Part shown: positions 55,819-64,000 of the stretch, piece after piece | Numbering within the stretch: position 1 is the stretch's first letter | How the letters are laid out: the number at the start of each line of letters is the position of its first letter | Source of the DNA: a virus | Virus record (IMG/VR): IMGVR_UViG_3300028573_000017 | Coordinates: 4,217-68,216 of that record | Strand: one strand, 5' to 3' | DNA length: 64,000 bases | Notes under the pieces: generated by a model | What the model was told of the DNA's origin: nothing | What the model saw: only the letters and a program-made list of their open reading frames with translations | The model's database searches: none | Program-made: the position numbers and the translations under genes

Positions 55819-56171
55819 GCGACGCTCGTGCCTTCGACCCCGCGCGCCATGCGGGTTCGCGTCCGCGAATGAAGCCAGTGTTGCGCTTCCTCGATCTTGG
55901 TGAGAGCCAGCGCATTCTCGCGACAGGCGTAAGGTCCTTTCTGGAACGACCTCAGTCGATCAACGACAATTGCCAAAAGCACCTCTTGGGTTAGGCCGTT
56001 GACGCCCTTCTCGTTGATGGGGCCGTTCTGGAACGAGATATTGGTCCTCTGTCCGGACGGCAACTTGACCTCGTATTCGTGGTTGGCACCACCGGCACCC
56101 GGCTCGTCCGATACCTCGATGATGATCAGGTCGTTGGCAGCATTGACGCGATGATCTTCAATTGTCCTCAT
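55815..56171 (-). CDS. tad1: Tad1-like anti-Thoeris/anti-CBASS signal sponge
   Basis: FQNGPI.E.GVNG; CRENALALTKIEEA..WL..RT..R.ARGVEGT. Confidence 0.8.
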   Translation of the reverse strand: MRTIEDHRVNAANDLIIIEVSDEPGAGGANHEYEVKLPSGQRTNISFQNGPINEKGVNGLTQEVLLAIVVDRLRSFQKGPYACRENALALTKIEEAQHWLHSRTRTRMARGVEGTSVA

Positions 56172-56193
56172 TGGGGACTCCTCTTCGATTAAG

Positions 56194-56700
56194 TCAGTGC
56201 CTCGTTTCGCTCGGGAGAATGACGCCGCCCGCGCTGACCTTCAGGTGATCGGGCAGGCTGACGGGAACCGGCGCGCCGACCGCGCGATGCTCGGTCCCGA
56301 CGTCGGGCAGGATCGGTCCGCGCACGCCGGTCTTGTCGTGCTGCAGCTTCTCGACGCCGACCAGCATGAAGGCAAGGTTCTGGGCGAGCAGCGTGAAATT
56401 CTGGTTGCGGCTTTGGCCGTTGATGTAGATGCGCTTCCCTTGGAACTTGAAGCCTCGCAGCCAGTTGCCGGAGCGCTTGTGCGCCTCGGCCATCAGCATT
56501 CCGAGCGGGTACCACCGGGCGTCATCGCGCATTGCCGCGATCTGGCGGCAGCATCCTTCGACGAGAAGCAGATGCTCGCGGAGCTTCGTGTACGCCGGTC
56601 CGATGCGCGTGAGCAGCGACAGGGTGACCGCCGCCTGCCCGGCTTCCTTCAGGCTCGATTTCAATCTGTCGAGCACCTCGTTTTCGGTAAGGTCGCTCAT
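56194..56700 (-). CDS. Hypothetical protein
   Basis: ORF; C-terminal SAGGVILP. Confidence 0.6.
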   Translation of the reverse strand: MSDLTENEVLDRLKSSLKEAGQAAVTLSLLTRIGPAYTKLREHLLLVEGCCRQIAAMRDDARWYPLGMLMAEAHKRSGNWLRGFKFQGKRIYINGQSRNQNFTLLAQNLAFMLVGVEKLQHDKTGVRGPILPDVGTEHRAVGAPVPVSLPDHLKVSAGGVILPSETRH

Positions 56701-56963
56701 CGCGGCAACGGCAATCCTTTGCTGTAGTCGGGGAAGCTCATACTCGCGATTTCACGATCCTCTTTGTGCTTTGCGATCGTCATCCTGAGTTCGAGGCCCT
56801 CTTTGGTCAGCCACGTTTTCCAGCCGCAGCCAGTCGTGTTCGGCCACGCTCGGTGCGCAAACCCCTTCACGATCATGTCGTCGCGATCTTCGGTCGATAG
56901 GTTCTCAATCGCTCTTTCGTCGCAAAGAAGCGCAGCAATTTGCCGTTCATTGAGGTCGCTCAC
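56697..56963 (-). CDS. Hypothetical protein (possible winged helix)
   Basis: GTG start overlapping the upstream stop; LTKEG motif. Confidence 0.45.
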   Translation of the reverse strand: MSDLNERQIAALLCDERAIENLSTEDRDDMIVKGFAHRAWPNTTGCGWKTWLTKEGLELRMTIAKHKEDREIASMSFPDYSKGLPLPR

Positions 56964-57226
56964 TTGTCGCGTTCCTTCGCGGTGACGCCGGGCGAGCGCT
57001 TCGGCTGCATCATCCACGCGAATGCGCCGGCGCTCATTGCCTTCTCGACTTCTTCCGTTGTTACCCACCCAAGAAGCGAGGAGACCACGACCCGACTTTC
57101 CGATGCACGTCGGCGCGCGATTTCATAGTGGTCGTGACACGCCAGTCCGCTCCACGGGGAGCCCTCACAGACAAAATCGACGACCGCCCGCTTGTCGCAC
57201 CACGAGCACTTCGGGTTCATTTTCAC
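56960..57226 (-). CDS. Zn-finger-like protein
   Basis: CSWC...CHDH. Confidence 0.5.
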   Translation of the reverse strand: MKMNPKCSWCDKRAVVDFVCEGSPWSGLACHDHYEIARRRASESRVVVSSLLGWVTTEEVEKAMSAGAFAWMMQPKRSPGVTAKERDK

Positions 57227-59058
57227 GACGCTGGTACCTCTCCCGGCCCGACCATGGCGCGCAATGCGGTGTTCCCGCTTAGCGGCGTTTGCGCCAGCGT
57301 GTGGGCGGCCTGAACCGCCGCCATTGCCGCGCCTGGCACCTGCTGTTGCTGCTTGGCGTTCTGCACCGCCTGATCGTGCTCGTCCACCTCGTTGTCGGTG
57401 TACCAGAGATTCTGCGGGAAGTTGTTGCGGTTGCCGTACTCGCGGAACGCCTTGTCGAGATTGACCGTGCGGAGCGGATCCGGCACGCCCGCCGCCTTCG
57501 CCGCGCTCGACAGCGCACCGCCGGTCGCAAACACGTCCTTCATCGACACCGATTCGGTCGCGTTCTGCGCCAGTTTCATTATCGACACGTAGTTAATCCG
57601 GATCGGGATTCCCTGCAGCGACTTCGGCATCGGCTTCAACAGCCGGCGGCGCTGCATGATGTCGAGCACCCGGCGAAGCGCCGGAGCGGCGAATTCGTTC
57701 TCGAACATGTGGATGAACGGTCCGAGCTCCTGCAAGCGCTCCAGGTTGCGCTGGGTCAGTTCCAGTTCGTTCCGTGGCTGGACGCCTTCCATGCGCGAGA
57801 TCGCCATGAACAGGTCGACGAACAGCGCCTTGTCGATGCGCGCGTTCACCTTGTCGATGTCGGCAGTGATTCCGGCAAGCCACTCGGGCCGGACCTCGAA
57901 GAGCGGCCAGAAGCCCTTCCGGTTATTGTCCGTGCTCATGTAGGTGATCATGCCGGGCACGATCGACGACGGTTCGTTCTTAAGCTCCGGGTTGGCGCCC
58001 ATCGGCGGGCGCACGCCCTTCTCGATGAACTCGGCCTTGCGGCGCGTCTCGAGCTGGACCTGCTTGTTGTCGCCGAGCGCGTCCATGCACGGCGAGCGGC
58101 CGTAGGGTTCGTTCGACGTGGTGGCCCAGCGCGCGGCCATGAACGGCGTCATGTGGAAGCCGCGGAGGCTGAGAGGCTGGTCGGTCTTCACGCCCTTCAG
58201 CCAGTACACCTCGCGGAAGGAGAAGATGCCCGGCACCACCTTGATCGCCGGCTTGCCGCCTTTCGGATTCATACCGACGTTCGGCTCGATTGCATGGGCG
58301 ACGACGTACTCAGTATCGAGCGAAAGTCCGCTGTTCCACAGCGTCCGCACCTGCTCCGGGCACTTGTCGATGCCAAACATATCGACGATCTGGACGATGG
58401 TCAGATTGAACTCGCGATAGAGCGTATCGACGGCGAAGCGAGCGCCCGACGCGAGATAGTATTCACCGGCGACCGGAAGGTAACACCGGATTACGTCTTC
58501 ATAGTCCTCATAGATGATGACCGGCGCTGTACCGATTACAGTCACATCCTGAAAGGCTTGTGACATTGTGGTATAGAAATTCGACTGCGCCAATACTGTA
58601 TAGACGCGCTGCTGGGTGTCCTCCAGCCACGCCTTGCCCTCGGGGTCGAGGTCGATCCACGGCAGTCCGATTTCCAGCGTAAACCACGGTCGCGACGGGC
58701 TGGTCAGCCCGGTCCACATGCCGGCGGCGCAAGTGCGCACGGCGAGCAGGCCGGTGGAATCGACGATGGTGTCGTTGATCGGCTGGCCTTTCCAAGTGCG
58801 GTTTGGAACAACAAGCCACGCCCATCTTCTCGGTAAAAAGTATTGCGCAAGTACACTCCAGTGTACCCACCATGACCATCTCCACGTGCGAAGCATCGCG
58901 AGCCGCGCCTCAAGACGGCCGTAGATCACGTCCGTCCAATCGGTGCTTTGCTTTCTTTGACGAGGCGCTTCTTCATCCACTGGCTGCAAGGCCAGCAGAC
59001 TCGGGCTCATCTCTTGGTACGGTGCCTTAGCAAAGGCGGCGTCCGATCCGTCAGCCAT
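57223..59058 (-). CDS. Portal / head-tail connector (Bbp21/T7 gp8-like)
   Basis: DSTG..A....AAG...GLTSPSRPWF; SNFY; RW....YGRSP; E....LGP. Confidence 0.93.
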   Translation of the reverse strand: MADGSDAAFAKAPYQEMSPSLLALQPVDEEAPRQRKQSTDWTDVIYGRLEARLAMLRTWRWSWWVHWSVLAQYFLPRRWAWLVVPNRTWKGQPINDTIVDSTGLLAVRTCAAGMWTGLTSPSRPWFTLEIGLPWIDLDPEGKAWLEDTQQRVYTVLAQSNFYTTMSQAFQDVTVIGTAPVIIYEDYEDVIRCYLPVAGEYYLASGARFAVDTLYREFNLTIVQIVDMFGIDKCPEQVRTLWNSGLSLDTEYVVAHAIEPNVGMNPKGGKPAIKVVPGIFSFREVYWLKGVKTDQPLSLRGFHMTPFMAARWATTSNEPYGRSPCMDALGDNKQVQLETRRKAEFIEKGVRPPMGANPELKNEPSSIVPGMITYMSTDNNRKGFWPLFEVRPEWLAGITADIDKVNARIDKALFVDLFMAISRMEGVQPRNELELTQRNLERLQELGPFIHMFENEFAAPALRRVLDIMQRRRLLKPMPKSLQGIPIRINYVSIMKLAQNATESVSMKDVFATGGALSSAAKAAGVPDPLRTVNLDKAFREYGNRNNFPQNLWYTDNEVDEHDQAVQNAKQQQQVPGAAMAAVQAAHTLAQTPLSGNTALRAMVGPGEVPAS

Positions 59059-59073
59059 CGGTCAGAGTCCTGT

Positions 59074-59301
59074 TCAGGTCGATCCGCCGAGAAGCTGCTT
59101 CTGGGCCGTGCTGGGCGTCGGCGCTCCGGCCTCGCCGCCGACGTTCTTGATGGTGTCGGCGAACCCGGCGCCGGACGTGGCGGCCGCGGCGAAACGAGCC
59201 GCGCTGCCGGACGCGCGCACGGACGAGTCGGCGTAGGTCGGCGGTGTCGGCGGGGGCGGCGGAGGTGCGGGTGGTGCCGACTTGTGCGACAGAAAGCCCA
59301 T
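59074..59301 (-). CDS. Small Pro-rich virion protein upstream of the portal
   Basis: MGF..PPAPPPPP...KQLLG. Confidence 0.7.
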   Translation of the reverse strand: MGFLSHKSAPPAPPPPPPTPPTYADSSVRASGSAARFAAAATSGAGFADTIKNVGGEAGAPTPSTAQKQLLGGST

Positions 59302-59438
59302 CACTTTCCTCCCTTCAGGCCCGGCCGCGCGGTGTTTTGCGGCGGCCCGAACTTCACCGGCGCCGGGGCGGCCGCGGCGGTCGACTTGTCGCGCGTGTGC
59401 TTGCCGGGAATGACGATGGTCTGCGATCGGGTGGCCAT
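59301..59438 (-). CDS. Small basic protein
   Basis: MATRSQTIVIPGKH...; TGATG coupling. Confidence 0.45.
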   Translation of the reverse strand: MATRSQTIVIPGKHTRDKSTAAAAPAPVKFGPPQNTARPGLKGGK

Positions 59439-59441
59439 GCT

Positions 59442-59717
59442 TCACCACAGGAGGCTGAGGCCGGCAGCGACACCGGTCGCGATGGAAGCTAGCACGAGAA
59501 CGACGGCGACGGTACCGGAGGGGTCAAGGACCTCGCGAAGCGGGTCGGGGATGCTCTGGATCGTAGCGCTGAGGTAGGCCAGCCCGATGGTGCCGAGCGC
59601 TAGGATAACAGCGAGATGGCTTTCCCACATGAGCCCGGCCGCGATGACGCCGGCGCAGTAGAGCGCGCTGTTCAGGATGACGGCGACGAGAAGGAACGGG
59701 CGGTCCGAATTCATCAT
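59442..59717 (-). CDS. Three-TM membrane protein
   Basis: Hydrophobic helices; overlaps the TerL stop. Confidence 0.6.
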   Translation of the reverse strand: MMNSDRPFLLVAVILNSALYCAGVIAAGLMWESHLAVILALGTIGLAYLSATIQSIPDPLREVLDPSGTVAVVLVLASIATGVAAGLSLLW

Positions 59718-62227
59718 CTGCCTCCAAAGGGATCGTACACCGAATTGGTCTTGTAGGATTCCGTGGCCTGCCTGTCGAGGTCGGCGAACGGATCGAACTT
59801 CCACTCGTGGCGCGGCTTGACCGCCGACTTGCTCGCCGCGGTGATCGGTTCGGCGAAGGTGAGCACGAACGCATCGGCGGAGTCGGGCGAGTAGCCGAGC
59901 TTGGCCTTCACGTCGGCTTTCGGCTCGAGGAGCAACTGCCCCTTGGCGAAGGTGTAGGTCGTGCGCGTCATCGCCTCGGCGAGTTGCTTGTCGGGCGGGA
60001 GGGCCCCGCCTTCCTTGATCCACTTCGCGGCATCGAAATACATCTCGGCGCGCTTGTTGGCGAAGCGCTGCGGCTCGTGGGCGCGCTCCGCGAAGCCGAC
60101 ACCGATGGGCGCGCGGCCGAGCTGGCGGAGCATGTCGATCCAGCCGGCACCGAAGCCGCCGGTGTTGTCGATGAACACCGCGTCGGCGCCCATCGTGTCC
60201 CACAGCCGGGTGACGATGCCGGCCCCGGCCTGCGAATCGAGGTTGCGGTGGATGACGGGCGAGAACGCCTGGATGCCGCGGCGCGTGTAGATCGCCGACG
60301 AGTCGTCGCCGAAGCGCGCGACGTCAACGCCGAGGATGACCGGCGCGAACGCGATGTCGCTCTCGCGGTAGACCCGCTTCTGGGCGGCCTCGATCTCCTC
60401 CATTCCGATAAGCGCGTTGAGGCTCGCCGACGGAAAGCGGCCGAGCACGTTGACCATGACCCACGGCGATTCGCGACCGTACTGCGCGATCTGCTCGCGG
60501 GCCCAATCGATCGAGACGCGCGGCGAGCGCTTGGGGTTGTCTGGATCCCCGTTGATCTCGACGACGTGCCAGAGTTTCCGGTTGCGGTGAGCGGCGTAGA
60601 GCGGCCCCTCGAGCGCGCTCGGATTGCCAGCCTGGACGATATGCGCCTCGATGCCGGAGGCGAGCGCGGCTTCCGCCGCCACCATGACCGCCTCGGGGAT
60701 CGAGCCGCTTTCGTCGAGGATGAAGAAAATATAATCGGCGTGAAGACCGGCGAGCGTCTCGGCCTGCTGCTCCTTGTCGCCGGAGCGCGGCCAGGTCCGC
60801 GCCGCCATCCACCACGTCTCGGGATTTTCGTTGGCGACGATGCGGTTCTTGGTCCAGGTGAACGAGGCTTGCAGGAGCGTCGACTTGCCCTGCCACTTTG
60901 CCATCTCGGTCCACAGACCGTCGTTGAGGTTGTCGCCGGTGACCGAGGTGGCCGCGATCTTCGGGTGCGGGCGCGTGAGGAGGAAGTTCCACGCGAGCCA
61001 CGCGAGCACTGTCGTGTTGTGGGTGACGATGAAATCATTGACGAGATAGCAGGCCGACGGATGATCGACCGTGATGCACATGCAGTCCGCCTCGCCGGCA
61101 GGCTCGATGCTCTCGATGTACCGTTTCAGGTATCGCGCCGTGGATGGCGACCGCATCGGGTCGGTCCACCGGACTGCCTTATGAGCGATCCGAAACGGAT
61201 TGAACGGCGTGCGAACGCTCACTCGATAGCAGTCTCGGCACTCAATACGGTTGCCGTTTTCGTCGTGGTAGGCACCCGCCTTAATGCCCTGCTTGACGAG
61301 CGCGTTTCCTCCAAGCGACCTGACCAACCACACGACGTCAAGCGCAAGCTGCTTCGATGTCGTGTCGTATTCCATGTGGCTGTCGTCGCCGATGCAGCCG
61401 TCGGTGTCCATGAGGCCACAAAGAAGGTCTCGACGCTGCTGGGGAGATGCGAGTTTGAAGCGTTCCGGAATGTATTTCTCGAAGCTGTAGCAGCCGAAAC
61501 ACTCTAGCTCTCGAAACTTGTCGAGCATCCCAAGAATGCGAACGTGATCGCCGGAACGCGAGGTGACGTATCCGCGGCGCTGAAGCTCATGCTCGATCTC
61601 GACGTATGGCTTGAAGTAAGAGGGCGAGTTTCGGGTGCCGTCTCCCAGCCAGACGCCGACCAAGTATGGGTCCAGCGGTAGAGTCGCCTCCGGATAGTGC
61701 GCCGCACCATGCAAGGGTATTTCAAACTGACGGCCTGCCCACTTCCCGTTCTTGACGCGCACGCCGCGCGCAATGATCTGCTCGGTCGTGAGCACCGACC
61801 ACGGCTTGTACATGCTTTTTCGGGCGCGCTCGGCCTGACCTCGCACCTTCCATTGGTGCTCCGCTCCGGCTAAAACGCTGGTACCGTCATCAAATTTCAC
61901 TCGCCATACAGGTTTAATTCCGTTATCAAAAATTGCAGTCACTACAGTTGGCATACCGTCGTCGGCAAATACTGCGTCTCCGACGACAAGATCGCCAAAT
62001 CGTCGATCTCCAACCGGTGTCGGTATAACTGTATTCTTACACAGTTCTTTGCCCGGACCTTTCGATGCAAGCATTGCTATACGTTGCTTGTGCGGGAAGG
62101 CGTCGAGAACGTCGGCCTGCCACTCGTCCGGCTCTGTCTGGAACAGTTCGCGGACCATGGTAGACGGCCGCTCGCGCCAGCGGATGATCTGGGCCTGGGC
62201 TTCCTTGAGTTCGCGGCGGGGGATCAT
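59714..62227 (-). CDS. terL: Terminase large subunit containing an intein
   Basis: Walker A GPGK/TT split by the intein; ILDES Walker B; GNP; LGVDVARFGDD; SPD.ADA nuclease motif. Confidence 0.93.
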   Translation of the reverse strand: MIPRRELKEAQAQIIRWRERPSTMVRELFQTEPDEWQADVLDAFPHKQRIAMLASKGPGKELCKNTVIPTPVGDRRFGDLVVGDAVFADDGMPTVVTAIFDNGIKPVWRVKFDDGTSVLAGAEHQWKVRGQAERARKSMYKPWSVLTTEQIIARGVRVKNGKWAGRQFEIPLHGAAHYPEATLPLDPYLVGVWLGDGTRNSPSYFKPYVEIEHELQRRGYVTSRSGDHVRILGMLDKFRELECFGCYSFEKYIPERFKLASPQQRRDLLCGLMDTDGCIGDDSHMEYDTTSKQLALDVVWLVRSLGGNALVKQGIKAGAYHDENGNRIECRDCYRVSVRTPFNPFRIAHKAVRWTDPMRSPSTARYLKRYIESIEPAGEADCMCITVDHPSACYLVNDFIVTHNTTVLAWLAWNFLLTRPHPKIAATSVTGDNLNDGLWTEMAKWQGKSTLLQASFTWTKNRIVANENPETWWMAARTWPRSGDKEQQAETLAGLHADYIFFILDESGSIPEAVMVAAEAALASGIEAHIVQAGNPSALEGPLYAAHRNRKLWHVVEINGDPDNPKRSPRVSIDWAREQIAQYGRESPWVMVNVLGRFPSASLNALIGMEEIEAAQKRVYRESDIAFAPVILGVDVARFGDDSSAIYTRRGIQAFSPVIHRNLDSQAGAGIVTRLWDTMGADAVFIDNTGGFGAGWIDMLRQLGRAPIGVGFAERAHEPQRFANKRAEMYFDAAKWIKEGGALPPDKQLAEAMTRTTYTFAKGQLLLEPKADVKAKLGYSPDSADAFVLTFAEPITAASKSAVKPRHEWKFDPFADLDRQATESYKTNSVYDPFGGR
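61016..62047 (-). mobile_element. Class-3-type intein with LAGLIDADG homing endonuclease (344 aa)
   Basis: ELCKNTVIPTP..; HQW; PYLVGVWLGDG and LLCGLMDTDG; CMCITVD; VTHN|T. Confidence 0.9.
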
Positions 62228-63057
62228 GGACGGAACGTCGCGCCGATGTGCCGGCTTAGCGGCAGCGGAATTTTCGCGATCATGGCGCTGGCGGCCTTGC
62301 GCCTGGCAGTCGCGCCGGACGATGTTCTTGGGCTCTTCCAGCCAAAGGCGGCCGGATGGTTGCGTTCGTATCCGTCGCTGTCCTTGAGCTTGCGTCCGTC
62401 CGGATTGCGCCCCTTGCCGCTCGTGGTGTTGTGCGCGATGGCGAACCAAGAACCGCCGTTGTTTTTGATGGCCCGCTCGGCGTGCGTGTTGAAGCCGAGG
62501 CCGGGGACGTGCTTAGGATGATCGGGCGGATACCAACCGGCGCCTAGCGTCGCCACCTTGACCGCCTTCACTACTGGCGGCATCAGCGCCGGCACGTCGC
62601 CCCACAGATAGAACGAACCAAACGACCAGCGTGCACGGCCGACCCACGGCTGCGCGCCGCGCACGTTCTCGACGACGAGCGGGATGACATGGCCGGCGGC
62701 GAACGAGGCTTCCTTCTGGATGCGGAAGCAGGCGCTGAACAGGCGGTTGAGCCGTTCAAGTTCGTTGCCAGTCGTGTCGGCGCGGATCGCCGCGGCCTTT
62801 GCCTTCGCCAGTTTCCACGGCATCGCCATGTAGCTGTATTCCTGGCAGGGCGGTGAAGCGACGATCAGCGCGGCGTCCTTGAACTGCGAGCCGTGCAGCG
62901 TCAGCACGTCTTGGATAACGAGCTGCGCGGGATAGCGATGATCGCCGTACTCGTGCCGTTCGATGTCGAAGCCGATCACGTCGTAGCCCTCGGCGAGCAG
63001 ACCTTCCGTCCAGCCGCCGAGGCCGCAATAGAGGTCGATGGCAAGCGGCCGCGTCAT
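62224..63057 (-). CDS. DNA (cytosine-5) methyltransferase
   Basis: IDLYCGLGG; ASPPCQ; VENV. Confidence 0.85.
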   Translation of the reverse strand: MTRPLAIDLYCGLGGWTEGLLAEGYDVIGFDIERHEYGDHRYPAQLVIQDVLTLHGSQFKDAALIVASPPCQEYSYMAMPWKLAKAKAAAIRADTTGNELERLNRLFSACFRIQKEASFAAGHVIPLVVENVRGAQPWVGRARWSFGSFYLWGDVPALMPPVVKAVKVATLGAGWYPPDHPKHVPGLGFNTHAERAIKNNGGSWFAIAHNTTSGKGRNPDGRKLKDSDGYERNHPAAFGWKSPRTSSGATARRKAASAMIAKIPLPLSRHIGATFRP

Positions 63058-63058
63058 G

Positions 63059-63298
63059 TCACCGTCCTGTCCGTCTTGTCTCGCCGGTGAACTTCAGCAT
63101 GCGGGTGCGCAAGCGGTTCGGGTCACCGCCCCGCGCGTTGCCGTGGGCCGGCCGGCCGAACGCCTTGTTGCGGCGCGCGCCGCGGTAGGTGGAGGCTGGG
63201 CGTGCCGACGACTGCGACACTGGTGCTGGTTCCGGTGCGCTGGCGATCCTGCCGAGGGCTGCGGCGGCGTGGGCCGCAATAAGGGCTGCTCGACTCAT
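63059..63298 (-). CDS. Small basic hypothetical protein
   Basis: RBS AAGGA; YRGARRN. Confidence 0.5.
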   Translation of the reverse strand: MSRAALIAAHAAAALGRIASAPEPAPVSQSSARPASTYRGARRNKAFGRPAHGNARGGDPNRLRTRMLKFTGETRRTGR

Positions 63299-63441
63299 TG
63301 GGTCGTTCCTTGTTCGAGGCGGAGTGCCGGCGCGAGCTCCGTACCCGCGCCGGCTGTTCTTTCCATCGGCCGTTAACCCGACCGATGTTCCGGCGCGTAG
63401 TGCAATCTTCCACGCGCCGCCGGGCGAGAGGTCTGGAACCC

Positions 63442-63748
63442 TCACCCAAGGCCGACGGCATCATCCTTGGTATCGGTCCGTCGGCCACTGTCAGCGGCGT
63501 TCCCAAAAACGCCGCCCCTGGCGGTCCCCGCCAAGTCCGCCAGCACGGCGCCGACCACGCGCTTGGTGATCGACCTCCGGGCTGTCCGCTCGACCGGGCG
63601 CGCACCGCGCTTCACCGGCCGCAAGTATTCCGGGTGATGGTATAGCGCGTCGGCGACCGCGCCATCAACGATGCGCCAGAGCCGCCGATAGTCGGCGGCG
63701 GCGCCGGACGGCGGGAGGACGCGGCGGATCATTGGCGCGTCTCCCATG
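63442..63748 (-). CDS. Phage hypothetical protein
   Basis: LWRIVDGAV.DA...HP.YL...AR.SI.KRV.G. Confidence 0.6.
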
Positions 63749-63929
63749 GCCGCTCGATCTTCATCTGTCGAAACCACTGCCGAGCTTCTTCGTAGGTCTG
63801 CACGACTTCTAAGGTCAGCACTTCGACGTGCCGGTCGCCGAGTTGCATCTGGCCGCGCGTCATTATCGCCAGCAGACCCGGACCTTTCGGGTTCGGGCCA
63901 GTCGTGAGGTAGATGGTGTCCTCGCTCAC
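63729..63929 (-). CDS. Hypothetical protein
   Basis: GTG start; EEARQWF....ERPWE. Confidence 0.5.
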   Translation of the reverse strand: MSEDTIYLTTGPNPKGPGLLAIMTRGQMQLGDRHVEVLTLEVVQTYEEARQWFRQMKIERPWETRQ

Positions 63930-64000
63930 GGGCGCGTCACCCGCCCTGCCACGGCGACGTCGGGGCCACCGGGTCGCCGGCCATATGCAGCGGATCATAG

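Noticed and set aside
62228-62449. N-terminal extension of TerL in the 911-aa ORF call
   Set aside because: It overlaps the methyltransferase gene. The ATGA-coupled start at 62227 is more plausible.
1-64000. CRISPR array, tRNA or rRNA genes, integrase/att site
   Set aside because: I saw no regularly spaced repeats, cloverleaf or recombinase motifs by eye. A tRNAscan run would be needed to exclude tRNAs fully.

Overview
The window is a large, probably near-complete and circularly permuted genome of a GC-rich tailed dsDNA phage. GcrA, BA14K and DUF3309 homologues point to an Alphaproteobacteria (Rhizobiales-like) host. The virion module is podovirus-like, resembling BPP-1/epsilon15. In order it contains: TerS running off the left edge; a + strand block of small early genes; a - strand replication/regulation operon (TOPRIM-AAA primase-helicase, GcrA, RusA, acyl carrier protein, Cro-like HTH); a divergent promoter/operator switch; a + strand RecT/accessory operon; then a long - strand late region. 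The late region holds a membrane-protein cluster, giant ejection proteins, nozzle, three adaptor paralogues, fibres/spikes, cement, capsid, scaffold, a Tad1-like protein, portal, intein-containing TerL and a C5 methyltransferase. Mobile elements are a 2.9-kb IS1-family element with passenger genes, a GIY-YIG homing endonuclease and a class-3 intein. The most unusual observations are: (1) five fibre/spike/decoration-type genes that all begin with Sec-type signal peptides and carry paired cysteines, with no recognisable endolysin in the window; (2) a chimeric 'gene-B start/gene-A end' scar separating two cargo blocks between the ejection genes; (3) small basic proteins that share the scaffold's C-terminal R-x-x-R-[ML]-Y motif. 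All calls come from motif recognition by eye; no database searches were run.
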